Shown: positions 48,165-58,603, counted from the first letter of the stretch. The stretch is DNA of 64,000 bases from Planctomycetota bacterium (GCA_965223265.1 OZ244999.1:1344001-1408000); one strand, 5' to 3'. Notes: generated by a model not told the origin, from the letters alone. Made by a program: numbers and translations.

Positions 48165-50804
48165 ATGAGGATGCATCACCCGTCCATTTCGCTGCTGGTG
48201 GCGATCGCGTCGATTGTCCTCTGTAGGGGCCTCGGCCGTAGCGAACTTGCCGCGGAGGAGACTCCAGCCGTCGGGGAAGAAGGCCGGGGAGTGGAGCTGT
48301 TTGAGAAGCGCATCCAGCCTCTGCTGGTGAAGGAGTGTTATGAGTGTCATTCCAAGGCTGCGAGGAATATCGAGGGAGGGCTCGAGCTCGACGTCCCGAA
48401 CGGACTGCGCCGAGGCGGCGACTCGGGTCCGACTTTGATTCCTCACCAAGTCGATGAGAGTCCACTCCTGAGGATGCTACGTCACGTAGATGGCGTCTCG
48501 GCGATGCCACCGGAGCGCAAGCTGGCGGAGGACTCGATTGCTGCGTTTAGCGAATGGATTCGACTTGGCGCCCCTGACCCGCGCCGGGACTCCGGACCGA
48601 CAGCGAAAGAACAACGCCTGGCGGCGGGTTTGGCCCATTGGGCGTTTCAACCGCCGCGACCGGTCGAGCTACCGCCAGTCCGGCGGGTCGACTGGCCACG
48701 CGACGATCTTGACCGTTTCCTACTGGCCCGCATGGAAGAACGTGGCGTGCAGCCGGTGGACGACGCGAGCCGCCGCAGTCTGGTGCGTCGTGTCTTCTTT
48801 GATCTGATCGGTCTGCCGCCATCGCCGCGCGATGTTGAGGCTTTCGTGGCGAGCGACGCGCCGGATGCGTTGGCCAAGCTGGTGGACCGGTTGTTGGATT
48901 CGCCTCGATTCGGTGAACGCTGGGGGCGTCATTGGTTGGACGTCGTGCGCTACGCGGAGTCGAGTGGCATGGAGTTCAATTTCACATATCCGCACGCATG
49001 GCCCTATCGAAATTATGTGATCGATGCTCTGAACGACGACAAACCATTCGACTTGTTCCTGCGTGAACAGATCGCGGGCGACCTCATGGCAGCGCGAGAA
49101 AACGATACGCCAGAGGCGATCGAAGCACGCCACATCGCCGTGAGCGTCTTGGCTTTTGGTCCCAAAAGACACAACTCTGGTGGGGTGCAGTTTCAGATGG
49201 ACGTCGTGGACGACCAGATCAACACGGTCACTCGTGCGACGTTGGCTCTCACGGTCGCTTGCGCCCGTTGTCACGACCACAAGTTTGATCCGATCCCGAC
49301 GCGCGACTACTACGCCCTGGCGGGAATCTTTCTGAGCACGGAGCCGCTCTATGGGACCATCCAGCAGAAATACAGCAATAACCCGACCGACCTACTTCCG
49401 ATTGGCCTGAACGCGGCTGCGCGGCATGCCATTGCCGAGGATTACGAAGAGGTAACGAAGCAGATTCAAGAAACCTTGGCCGCTCAGCGCGAAGAGTTGA
49501 AAAAAGCGGCGGCGGCTGAGCACGCAGCGGCAGCGAAGAAGGAAGAGATCGAGGCTCAGCTACTAGCGGTCGCCGCGCGTTCGGTTGATGGAGAGTCGAT
49601 CCGAGAATTTGAGGTCGCCGAAGAGGAGTTGGAAGAGGTTGCCGCGGCGCTGGAGAAGGCGTCAGCGCGGGTCGGCGAGCGCCGGGCGGCAGTCGCGAAG
49701 CTCGAAACCGAGGCGGCCGAGCGCCAGAAGCACCAGCCGTCGCGGCCGGCATATGCGATGACCGCTCGCGACCGTGCTGAGCCGGCCGATACTAAGATTG
49801 CTATTCGTGGCGATCCTGGCACCAGGGGCGATCTTGTGCGGCGAGGATTCCTCAGCGCTGTGCGAGTGCCAGATGCACCCAAGATCAATCCCCAGCAGAG
49901 CGGCCGCTTGGAGCTGGCTCTCTGGATCACAAGTCCTGAGAACCCACTCACAGCACGCGTCATGGTCAATCGCATTTGGCATCACCTCTTCGGACGAGGA
50001 TTGGTCTCGACGGTCGATAACTTCGGTGTCATCGGGAAGACGCCGAGCCATCCCGAGCTCCTCGACATGCTCGCCCGACGCTTCGTCCGTGAGGGTTGGT
50101 CGATCAAGCGCCTGATTCGCTCGATCATGCTCAGCCGAACCTATCAACTCGGCACTGCGCCAAGCACGTCAAACATGGCGATCGACCCGGACAACCGGTT
50201 GTTCTGGCGAGCGACGCCGAGGCGCCTTCAGGCCGAAGCGATTCGCGACACGATTCTCGCGGTCAGCGGCCAACTCGACCTCAGACGTCCTGATGGTTCG
50301 AGCGTCACCATGCTGGGAGATCAACTCGTGCGCGGCATCGCGACTGAGAAGATTCAGCCACCGAGCAACCACCGAAGTGTCTACTTGCCTGTCGTGCGGG
50401 ACTATGTCCCGGAACTCTTCGACCTGTTCGATTTTCCGTCTCCCAGCCTTGTCAGTGGACGTCGCTCGGTGACTAATGTCCCCTCGCAAGCGCTCTATTT
50501 GTGTAATTCACCATTCGTCGCCGAGCACGCGCGACACGCCGCGCGCCGCTTGCTGGCGTTGACTGCCGCGACCGACGACGCGGCACGCGTCGATCTGGCG
50601 ATGCGTTGGGCCTTGGCGCGTCGCCCTTCCGACAGCGAGCGAGCCGACGCTCTGCGCTTGGTCGATGAGGTCCGGAACACTGAATCACGGAGCGATGCAT
50701 CCGAAGAGAGAGCTTGGGCGGCTTGGTTCCATGCACTCTTTTCTGGGGCGGAGTTTCGCTACCTCGTTGATGTTGATGCGGTTGGAGACGCACGAAATGA
50801 GTAA
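48165..50804 (+). CDS. Planctomycete cytochrome c (PSCyt1) + DUF1549 + DUF1553 protein with long central coiled coil
   Basis: CYECH, CARCHDHKFDP, GERWGRHWLD, Ala/Glu/Lys-rich middle, NPLTARVMVNRIW. Confidence 0.93.
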   Translation: MRMHHPSISLLVAIASIVLCRGLGRSELAAEETPAVGEEGRGVELFEKRIQPLLVKECYECHSKAARNIEGGLELDVPNGLRRGGDSGPTLIPHQVDESPLLRMLRHVDGVSAMPPERKLAEDSIAAFSEWIRLGAPDPRRDSGPTAKEQRLAAGLAHWAFQPPRPVELPPVRRVDWPRDDLDRFLLARMEERGVQPVDDASRRSLVRRVFFDLIGLPPSPRDVEAFVASDAPDALAKLVDRLLDSPRFGERWGRHWLDVVRYAESSGMEFNFTYPHAWPYRNYVIDALNDDKPFDLFLREQIAGDLMAARENDTPEAIEARHIAVSVLAFGPKRHNSGGVQFQMDVVDDQINTVTRATLALTVACARCHDHKFDPIPTRDYYALAGIFLSTEPLYGTIQQKYSNNPTDLLPIGLNAAARHAIAEDYEEVTKQIQETLAAQREELKKAAAAEHAAAAKKEEIEAQLLAVAARSVDGESIREFEVAEEELEEVAAALEKASARVGERRAAVAKLETEAAERQKHQPSRPAYAMTARDRAEPADTKIAIRGDPGTRGDLVRRGFLSAVRVPDAPKINPQQSGRLELALWITSPENPLTARVMVNRIWHHLFGRGLVSTVDNFGVIGKTPSHPELLDMLARRFVREGWSIKRLIRSIMLSRTYQLGTAPSTSNMAIDPDNRLFWRATPRRLQAEAIRDTILAVSGQLDLRRPDGSSVTMLGDQLVRGIATEKIQPPSNHRSVYLPVVRDYVPELFDLFDFPSPSLVSGRRSVTNVPSQALYLCNSPFVAEHARHAARRLLALTAATDDAARVDLAMRWALARRPSDSERADALRLVDEVRNTESRSDASEERAWAAWFHALFSGAEFRYLVDVDAVGDARNE

Positions 50805-50855
50805 ACGATCTCGAACCTCAGTTCGTCCAGGAATGTTGACCGGAGCACCGTCGAT

Positions 50856-52229
50856 ATGACTGCTGCATCAGAACCGACTCTTTCACGCCGAGAGTGGCTC
50901 AAGGTGGGCGCGTGTGGGCTGGGAGGCCTGACGTTGAGCGGTTTCACGCCGGCCCGGTCTGAGGCGGGCTTGTTGTCACCGAAGTCGCCTCATTTTCGCG
51001 CCAAAGCGAAGCGTGTTATCTTTCTGTTCATTAACGGCGGACCGTCGCAGTTCGAGTCGTTTGACTACAAACCGCAGTTGCGGGCCAACGGCGGCAAAAA
51101 GGGTGCGAAGAAGGGAACGCTGCTGGCACCGCTCTACGACTTCGCGCAGTATGGCGAAAGCGGGATGTGGATCTCCGACGCCTTCCCACACTTGGCGCAG
51201 CACGCCGACAGCCTTTGCATGCTCAATGGCATGCGCGGACCCAGCCGTGCTCACCCAATCGCGATTCCGATGTTGCACACGGGGGAGTTTCAGTTCGTAC
51301 GTCCTTCGCTGGGATCGTGGATTCTCTACGGCCTGGGAACGGAGAACCAGAATTTGCCGGGCTTCTTCACGATCAAGCCCACGCGCACGTTCGGCGGGCC
51401 CGCGAATTATGGCAGTGCGTTTCTGCCCAGCACTCTTCAAGCTACGCGGCTTGGATGGAGTGGACAGCCTGTCAAGGACGCCGGGATCCGCAACCTCACT
51501 CCTGGCCATGGCCTGCAGCCCGTTTCAGCGCGCGGCGCTTTCGCTCTGGCACAGAAGATGAATGAGCGGCTGCTCACACAGAGCCAAGACGTCGCTGGGG
51601 TGATGGATTCGCTCACGCTGAGTGAGCGCATGCAGCGTGCGGTGCCTGAGGTGCTCGACCTAGGTCGCGAGTCGAAATCGACGCTCGCGATGTACGGCGT
51701 CGGATCGGGAACGACCGACGACTTCGGGCGCCAATGTCTGTTGGCGCGGCGATTGGTGGAATCGGGTGTACGTTTCGTCGAAGTGAGCTCCGGTGGTTGG
51801 GATCACCACTCTAAGCTAGACAACTTCAGAAAGAAGGCCGCGCAGATTGACCAACCGATCGCTGCTTTACTCGCCGATCTGAAGCAACGCGGTCTGTTGG
51901 ATGAAACGCTTGTTCTGTGGACCGGCGAGTTCGGGCGTGAGCCGGAGACGCAGATCCTAGAAGGCAAGGAGACGCTCGGGCGTGACCACAACGCGTCAGG
52001 CTATACTGCCTGGCTAGCTGGCGGCGGCGTGCGCGCCGGCTTGACGCACGGGGCGACCGACGACCTGGGCTATAAGGCCGTGAGCGGTGAGGTGCACCTG
52101 CACGATCTACACGCCACGATGCTTCATCTTCTCGGCCTCGATCACACGCGTCTCGTTTTTCGCTACGGTGGCCGTGACTTCAGGCTGACGAACATCCACG
52201 GCAAGGTGGCGCACGACATCATTGCCTGA
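50856..52229 (+). CDS. DUF1501 family protein (Tat signal)
   Basis: SRREWLK; RVIFLFINGGPSQFESFDYKP; GWDHH; GEFGREP; GRDHN. Confidence 0.93.
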   Translation: MTAASEPTLSRREWLKVGACGLGGLTLSGFTPARSEAGLLSPKSPHFRAKAKRVIFLFINGGPSQFESFDYKPQLRANGGKKGAKKGTLLAPLYDFAQYGESGMWISDAFPHLAQHADSLCMLNGMRGPSRAHPIAIPMLHTGEFQFVRPSLGSWILYGLGTENQNLPGFFTIKPTRTFGGPANYGSAFLPSTLQATRLGWSGQPVKDAGIRNLTPGHGLQPVSARGAFALAQKMNERLLTQSQDVAGVMDSLTLSERMQRAVPEVLDLGRESKSTLAMYGVGSGTTDDFGRQCLLARRLVESGVRFVEVSSGGWDHHSKLDNFRKKAAQIDQPIAALLADLKQRGLLDETLVLWTGEFGREPETQILEGKETLGRDHNASGYTAWLAGGGVRAGLTHGATDDLGYKAVSGEVHLHDLHATMLHLLGLDHTRLVFRYGGRDFRLTNIHGKVAHDIIA

Positions 52230-52437
52230 GGCAGACTTCGTTCTTTGGCCTTGCCGTTTGCCAAACGCGCGTTTGTTCGCTGTTGCAGGACCCGTCGCGA
52301 AAAAATTCGTGTGGTCGGGGAAAATTCTGTGTTTTCCTGCGATCGCAGAGTGTGAGGTTCGACCGGACGACTCGGTCAAGCCTCGGAGAGGTGGTTGGCA
52401 CTGCCGGGAGTTGCCCCGCGCGTGGATCGTCGTCGAC

Positions 52438-52453
52438 AGTGACGTAGGTCACA
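52438..52453. promoter_or_regulatory. Candidate CRP-family operator upstream of the Crp/Fnr gene
   Basis: AGTGA-CGTAGG-TCACA, one mismatch to TGTGA-N6-TCACA, about 240 bp upstream of 52691. Confidence 0.45.
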
Positions 52454-52690
52454 TTCGGTCTCTGCTCTGAGTCCGTATCATGAGCGTCACGGTTGCCTCT
52501 ACAGGTCTGCGATCCGAGACGTACGCTGTGGAATGCTACGTGCTACGACGATTGGGAAATGTCTGAGGCCCGCGCGGCTGGCGTTGTCAGCGACGCTCGA
52601 TCGTGCGGCCGAAAGGAACGCGGTGTGCACGACGCTACTGCACGATCAGTGACCTCGGACGTGCGGGTCACTCTTCACTCGTAATGAAAA

Positions 52691-53365
52691 ATGTCCAACG
52701 AACATCAGAAAGAAGTTCTTCAGTTCCTTGCAGGGGAATCGATTTTCGGGAATGTCGGACAATCTGCGCTCGAGCGGCTTGCAGCGCTTGGGCAGTTTCG
52801 AGACGTCTCCACTGGCGATTCGCTCTTTCGTGCCGGGCAATCTTGTGAGGCTCTTCACTTTCTGGTTGTCGGGCAAGCGCGCGTTATCTTGCTTTCCCCG
52901 GACGGTCGAGAGCGAACGCTTCACTTGGTCCTTCCGGGCGACATGGTGGGGGCGGTGGCGTTCTTCGATTGCATGGTCTATCCGTGTAGCGTCATCGCTG
53001 ACCTTGATTGCCGATTCTTGATGTTTCACCGCTGCGACTTGCTTCAACTCCTCACCGAAGAGGGGGAGGTTACCCTCAGCCTTCTCGGCGGCCTGGTGGC
53101 CAGGCAGCGAAAAATCGTCGGCCATCTCGAGAAGCTCTCCTTCGAAGATACGTCATCTAGACTCTGGAGTTACCTCCTGGAGAATTCTCAACCCGCCGTC
53201 GACGGCTACCCGCGATGCGTGGAGCATTTGCCGACGCGGGAGAAGATAGCGGGAGCCATCGGTACGGTTCGTGAGGTCGTCTCTCGCCGGCTTTCGCAGT
53301 TGATCAAATCTGGACACATCAGCATCGAGGGAAGAAAGCTCATCCTACACAAACCGATCAGTTGA
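52691..53365 (+). CDS. Crp/Fnr family transcriptional regulator
   Basis: cNMP-binding-like N-domain (LFRAGQ, DGRERTLH, PGDMVG); HTH TREKIAGAIGTVREVVSRRLS. Confidence 0.92.
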   Translation: MSNEHQKEVLQFLAGESIFGNVGQSALERLAALGQFRDVSTGDSLFRAGQSCEALHFLVVGQARVILLSPDGRERTLHLVLPGDMVGAVAFFDCMVYPCSVIADLDCRFLMFHRCDLLQLLTEEGEVTLSLLGGLVARQRKIVGHLEKLSFEDTSSRLWSYLLENSQPAVDGYPRCVEHLPTREKIAGAIGTVREVVSRRLSQLIKSGHISIEGRKLILHKPIS

Positions 53366-53556
53366 TCTGTTCGAGTGAGTTTTTGCTGTGCGCCGAAGCG
53401 GGACGATTGTTCGGCGTTTGGCCCGTACGCGCAATGGTGTTTGTTTGCTCCGATATTATCGCGTTTGTTCTTGGCGTTTCTTTTTCGCCGGAAGACATTG
53501 ATCGATTCGAGCCAGGATCTCGAGGAGTTTGCCCGGTACGACGTTAGTGGGCGAGA

Positions 53557-54999
53557 GTGAGCATGAGTGAAACGAGGGATCCGTTCATCGACGCCGCATG
53601 TGCCGCCGCGCCAGGGGCAGAAGACGACGCTCTTTCGCTGCTGCAGCGTTACGACCGACCCGGTCCTCGGTACACGTCCTACCCGACCGCAGTCGAGTTT
53701 CATGAGTACGACGACCGTGCTTATCGAGCACGGTTGAAAGAAGCCGACGCTGCCGTAAACGAGCCCTTGTCGTTCTACGTTCACATTCCGTTTTGTAAAG
53801 AACACTGTTCCTACTGCGGCTGCAACGTCGTTCGTACCAAGAAGCGCACAGTCGCTGTCGACTACTTGAATCGGCTTTACCGAGAGATTGATTTGCTCGC
53901 CGAGCATCTGCCCAACCGCCGGCGTGTCTCACAATACCACTGGGGCGGTGGCACGCCGACCTACCTGTCGACCTCCCAGATGGAGACGCTTCACGCCTGT
54001 TTTACGACTCATTTCACGCTGGATCCGGGTGGCGAGAGGGCGATCGAAGTCGACCCGCGGGTCACCACCGACGAGCAGATCCGGCTGCTCCGAAATCTCG
54101 GGTTCAATCGCATATCGATGGGCGTGCAAGATTTTGACACGCAGGTGCAAGCCGCCATCGACCGCAACCAGACCGAAGCGGAGACCCGGGAGCTCTACGG
54201 CAAGTGTCGTAACCTCGGTTTTTCGTCGATCAACTTGGATCTGATCTACGGTCTGCCGCGGCAATCACCACGCTCGTTCCAGGAAACGATGCGTTCAGTC
54301 GTCGACTTGCAGCCAGATCGCGTTGCGATCTACTCCTACGCGCATGTGCCCTGGTTGAAAGCGCACCAGAAGCGAATCCGGGCCGAGGACTTGCCGCTAC
54401 CGGAGATCAAGCTGCGGTTGTTCTGTATCGCACGAGAAGAGTTGCTCGCTGCTGGCTACGTGCAGATCGGAATGGATCATTTTGCTCGACCGAACGATGA
54501 ACTGGTTGCAGCCGTTAGGAGCCGTCGACTCCACCGGAACTTCATGGGCTACACCGTCAAGATGGGAAGCGACATGGTCGGTGTCGGCATCTCGTCGATC
54601 GGAGACGTGTGTGCGAGTTTCGCCCAAAACCACAAGAAGCTCTCGTCGTATTACAAAGCGCTCGACGAAGGTCTTTTCCCGGTTGAACGCGGGTACGAGT
54701 TGACCGACGACGACCGGGTGCGGCGTGAAGTCATCGCACACTTGATGTGTAACTTCTACGTGGATCGGCGCGATGTCGAACAGCGGTTTGGAATCAAGTT
54801 CTCAGATTACTTCGCTACCGAGATCGCGGAACTGAGTGCGGCGGATGGCCCGATCGAGCATGGGTTTCTCACTTGCGATGAGACTCATCTAGAGGTCGTC
54901 GGCAACGGCAAGTTGTTTGTGCGGAATATCTGCATGGTGTTCGACGCTCACCTGCGGCGTGAAAAGCCGCAGGCGCAGGTCTTCTCGCGCACCGTGTGA
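53557..54999 (+). CDS. hemN: Oxygen-independent coproporphyrinogen III oxidase (radical SAM)
   Basis: YDRPGPRYTSYPTA, YVHIPFC-x3-C-x2-CGC, HWGGGTP, IGMDHFA, HRNFMGY, C-terminal FSRTV. Confidence 0.95.
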   Translation: MSMSETRDPFIDAACAAAPGAEDDALSLLQRYDRPGPRYTSYPTAVEFHEYDDRAYRARLKEADAAVNEPLSFYVHIPFCKEHCSYCGCNVVRTKKRTVAVDYLNRLYREIDLLAEHLPNRRRVSQYHWGGGTPTYLSTSQMETLHACFTTHFTLDPGGERAIEVDPRVTTDEQIRLLRNLGFNRISMGVQDFDTQVQAAIDRNQTEAETRELYGKCRNLGFSSINLDLIYGLPRQSPRSFQETMRSVVDLQPDRVAIYSYAHVPWLKAHQKRIRAEDLPLPEIKLRLFCIAREELLAAGYVQIGMDHFARPNDELVAAVRSRRLHRNFMGYTVKMGSDMVGVGISSIGDVCASFAQNHKKLSSYYKALDEGLFPVERGYELTDDDRVRREVIAHLMCNFYVDRRDVEQRFGIKFSDYFATEIAELSAADGPIEHGFLTCDETHLEVVGNGKLFVRNICMVFDAHLRREKPQAQVFSRTV

Positions 55000-55136
55000 A
55001 AGAAAGAGTCTTCGGCGATTTGTCTTCTTCGTGTGGACGCTCCGGGGAATCGGTCGCTTCACCGGCGCCGATGCGATACCATCCGGTGTCGCTCCGTGAG
55101 AGTGGCGGTTGTCTGCGGCATACGTGGAAGGTGCGG

Positions 55137-55730
55137 ATGGAGCCCATCGATCCGGAACTCGTGAAATCACAGCCCTGCGCTGAGGCCTTTGGCCGGATGT
55201 TTTGGGCGTTTCTTTTCTTCTTCGATTTTCGGCTCGGCGTTAATGAGGTTCGCGTCGACGTTCTTCCGGATGTCGTCGGCTGGTGCCTGTTTGCGGTTGC
55301 GCTCGCGAAGATTTCTGAAGTTTCGCCTGCAGTCGTGAGTCTTCGTTGGTTTGCGCTCTGGCTTCTTGTGTGGTCGATCTTTGACGTAGTTCAGTTTCGT
55401 GGCGCTAGCGACATCGAGGAGTTGAATGCGGTTTTCCTCATTCTTGGGATCATTGCCGGCGTCTTGAACGTTGTTTTCGTCTGGAAACTTTGTGGTTTGA
55501 TCATCGAGATGGCTTCGGCCGTTGGTGATACAGTGGTGCGGCGGAATGCGGACGCACGTCGGAAGATCTATCTCGGTTTCCACATCTTTCTTCTGGTCTC
55601 CATCGGCCTTGCCGCTGCGGCGCCGCCGTTCGCTCTCGTCGCCGTCATCGTCGGCATTCCCTTGGCGATCGTCATTCTCTGTCTCATGATGGGACTGATG
55701 AAGCAGACGGAGAGAATGTGTCTGGCGTGA
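55137..55730 (+). CDS. Hypothetical membrane protein
   Basis: About six TM segments; FFFDF...DVLPDVVGW motif; start moved to ATG 55137. Confidence 0.7.
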   Translation: MEPIDPELVKSQPCAEAFGRMFWAFLFFFDFRLGVNEVRVDVLPDVVGWCLFAVALAKISEVSPAVVSLRWFALWLLVWSIFDVVQFRGASDIEELNAVFLILGIIAGVLNVVFVWKLCGLIIEMASAVGDTVVRRNADARRKIYLGFHIFLLVSIGLAAAAPPFALVAVIVGIPLAIVILCLMMGLMKQTERMCLA

Positions 55731-55740
55731 GCGGGTCGGC

Positions 55741-56331
55741 AGCAGCTATGTAGCGAACAACGAGAACGGTACGATCTATCGGGTCACGCCGGAAGGGGAT
55801 GTGCAGGTCTACGTCGATGGTCAGACGCGGCCCGAGATGCTGGCGTTCGATCGCCACGGCGCTCTCTTTTTTACCGCGTTTACTTTTGGCAAGGTCTACA
55901 AGATCGACGCCGAAAGGAATGTTAGCTTGTTCGTAGATGGCACAGAAGAAACTGACATTCGTGGCATCGCTTTCGATGACAATGGGGACCTCTACGCCTG
56001 CGGCGATCCTCGAGGTGTCATCTATAAGATCACTGGGCCTCGCTTCGTTCGCGGCGAGTGCAACGGCGACAGCGAGGTTGACTTGGCGGATGCTGTCTGC
56101 AGTCTCGACAAGCTCTTCCTCTCCGGCGCTGCCGATTTCGAATGCGCCGCGGCGTTCAACGTCAACGGCGACAATTCGGTCGATATCTCAGATCCGATCG
56201 CGCTGCTCAATTTCCTCTTTGTGACTGACGCCTTTCCAACGCCCGCCGAGCCGTTTCCAGACTGCGGACCGGAAACATTGGCTGTGGACAACGAGCTCGG
56301 GTGCGAGTCACGGCCGAGCCGCTGTCAGTAG
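55741..56331 (+). pseudogene. 5'-truncated NHL/SMP-30-like propeller protein with planctomycete dockerin-like C-terminus
   Basis: Frame reads YVANNENGTIYRVTPEG before the first usable start, with an in-frame stop at 55699 inside the previous gene; tail RFVRGECNGD...DISDPIALLNFLF...PFPDCG. Confidence 0.6.
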
Positions 56332-56483
56332 TGCGAGAACGAGGATCTTCACCCTGCAACTGTGCGCCACAGGGACCGATCGACGTCTGATGTCCTCGAC
56401 GTGAGAGCCTCGTCGCATCTTTTCCCTCCCGCGACCGCGTTGCGGCTCGAAGCCGTTCAAAAACTTCCCAGCCCTCGCGTGCT

Positions 56484-57590
56484 CTACAACCGCCAGAAGA
56501 TCCGCTTGCGGTATAAGAAGTAGAGCAGGAACCACTTGATCGAAAACATGACGACTTCGAAGAAGAATGGATGTAGTTTGCGCTCCTCGTCATGCAGGAG
56601 GAGATGCGTCAGGTCTCGAAAGGCGATGAACTGCTGCGCAATGTAGATCACGAGTGGATTCATGCCGATGACGACGAAGAGGAAGGACCAGCGTCGGATC
56701 CTCCAGACGTCGATCACTAGATAGAACGAAGCCAACAGGATCAGACTCCAGCCAACCGTCACCATCACGAACGAGCTGCTCCACAGGTTCTTGTTGATGG
56801 GAAACGCGCTGTCCCACACCTGGCCGCTCGCCCAGCACGCGAGACCCGCCAGAAACATGGCGCTGGTCTTGCGGTAGTCGGACTTTCCTGATGTGCGGAA
56901 AAATTCCCCGGCGATGATGCCGGCGAGCACGTTGACGACGGACGGTAGCGTCGCCAAGAGGCCGTTCGGGTCGCGGTCTGTCTGGTACAACCTCCCCGGC
57001 ACCAGGAGACGGTCGATGTAGCTGGCCAGCGTGTGCCCTGGCGTCAGATCCCCAGCACCGAATCCCGGCACGGGAATCAACGTCATGGCAGCCCAGTACC
57101 CAAGCAACAGCGCGGCACAGATGGCGACACGGCCAGCTACCCCTCGGATGTGGAGCGCCAGCAGTGTCCCTGCCAAATACCCGAGCCCGATCCTCCCGAG
57201 GACACTGCAGTAGATGATGTTCGGAAAATCCAGCGTGAGAATGCCGTTGTAGATCAAGCCCCACAGAACCAGAAGGAAGCTGCGCTTGACGACGTGGACA
57301 TGAATGCGCGCGACGCTTTCGCCTCGCTCGAGGCGCTTGTGGAGCGAGAATGGAAAGGACACGCCCGCGAGGAACATGAAGAGTGGAAAGATGAGGTCGA
57401 AGAACGTGAACCCGTTCCACTCCACGTGCTCGAACTCGGCGTTGACCCATTGCAGCCACCCCCAGCCGGTCGACTCGGTAAGGATCTGCGTCATGGCTTG
57501 CGCGCCGGCAATCATGAACATGTCGAACCCCCGCAGCGCATCGAGGGAGAGCAACCGCTCGGGGTGTCGCCGAATGTCTTGTGTCGTCAT
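56484..57590 (-). CDS. HGSNAT/NagX-like (DUF5009) membrane acyltransferase-family protein
   Basis: RLLSLDALRGFDMF, HVEWNGFTFFDLIFPLFMF, SVLGRIG, PINKNLWSSSF, IGMNP. Confidence 0.88.
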   Translation of the reverse strand: MTTQDIRRHPERLLSLDALRGFDMFMIAGAQAMTQILTESTGWGWLQWVNAEFEHVEWNGFTFFDLIFPLFMFLAGVSFPFSLHKRLERGESVARIHVHVVKRSFLLVLWGLIYNGILTLDFPNIIYCSVLGRIGLGYLAGTLLALHIRGVAGRVAICAALLLGYWAAMTLIPVPGFGAGDLTPGHTLASYIDRLLVPGRLYQTDRDPNGLLATLPSVVNVLAGIIAGEFFRTSGKSDYRKTSAMFLAGLACWASGQVWDSAFPINKNLWSSSFVMVTVGWSLILLASFYLVIDVWRIRRWSFLFVVIGMNPLVIYIAQQFIAFRDLTHLLLHDEERKLHPFFFEVVMFSIKWFLLYFLYRKRIFWRL

Positions 57591-57821
57591 CGAAGGGATC
57601 CTCTCGTCCCGCGGCGAGATCGTGCGTGTCTTCGGGACGTTGTTTACTTGCCGGTCGGTTGGGTTCGTGCGTCTGGCAGACGCCGTCGTTTGTTGAAGCG
57701 GCTACCAGTGGCGGAAAGTGTCCCGCCCCGAGTGTGGGGAAGCGCCGATGACCCGGGAGCCAGGAGAGACCAAGGGGACAACGATAACGAACCAAGCCTT
57801 CACCGACTACAATCGATCCAC

Positions 57822-58568
57822 ATGTCTCTACGAAAGTCTGAGTCGCAGAAGGATGGTGCGGGCGCACTAGAAGAATCGGTGAGCGCAGCAAGCCACCGGT
57901 TTAGCGAAGAGGCCGCGCGACCTCTCGCAGTGACCACCTTCTTGCGAGCGCTGCCCATTCTCTTGTACGTTCCGCTTGGCATACTGATCGCTTGGCATCT
58001 CAAGGTGTTCAGATCGGATCCACACCCGTTGGTCTTCACGCCGCTGATTCTCCCAGTGCTGCCGCTGCTACTGCAGCCGTCGCGCCGTACCTTTGTATTC
58101 ACTGGGATCGTCGTTCTTGAGATCTTGTGCGGAGGACTTGCGTATCACACCATCGGGGAAATCGTTAGCCAGTTCGTTTTGGTTAACATCTTCCTTCTCA
58201 ACGCTATTCCGACAGTGAGTCTCTGTTTCCGTTCCAAGAAGATGTCAACCGCTGGAATCGTCATTGCGTCAGCGGCCGCAGTATTCGTCGTACCCCAGCA
58301 CGCCTGGCTTGGATGGCGCTGGATCGCGGTGCACGCTGAAGCCGAGCGGGTCGTGCAGTGGGCGGAAGAGTCTTGTCGTGTCAGCGGGGTGTATCCCGAG
58401 GACCTCAAGGACTACTCGCACGCTCGAAGCTGGACGGCACGCTACATTCACTACGGGCAGTCGGCTGTCGGATACCCGCCCCCGTTTTACTTGAGTTACT
58501 ACGTCGGTACGACGTCCACGTCACACACGTACATGGGGAACGGGGATTGGTTCTACTACCCCGATTGA
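57822..58568 (+). CDS. Hypothetical membrane protein
   Basis: 3' part of ORF 57033-58568; about five TM segments then a GVYPEDL...WFYYPD soluble tail. The 5' part of that ORF is antisense shadow. Confidence 0.6.
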   Translation: MSLRKSESQKDGAGALEESVSAASHRFSEEAARPLAVTTFLRALPILLYVPLGILIAWHLKVFRSDPHPLVFTPLILPVLPLLLQPSRRTFVFTGIVVLEILCGGLAYHTIGEIVSQFVLVNIFLLNAIPTVSLCFRSKKMSTAGIVIASAAAVFVVPQHAWLGWRWIAVHAEAERVVQWAEESCRVSGVYPEDLKDYSHARSWTARYIHYGQSAVGYPPPFYLSYYVGTTSTSHTYMGNGDWFYYPD

Positions 58569-58603
58569 GCCTGGGAGTCGAGTAGCATCCGGCAGTTATG
58601 CCC

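Noticed and set aside
52648-52672. AGTGACC-N11-GGTCACT palindrome just before the Crp/Fnr start
   Set aside because: Spacing does not fit a CRP/FNR box; could be an mRNA hairpin, but there is no independent support.
56590-58568. Long overlapping ORFs 57033-58568 (+, 511 aa) and 56590-57891 (-, 433 aa)
   Set aside because: Shadow frames of the HGSNAT-like gene in GC-rich DNA; only the 3' part from about 57822 looks like a real protein.
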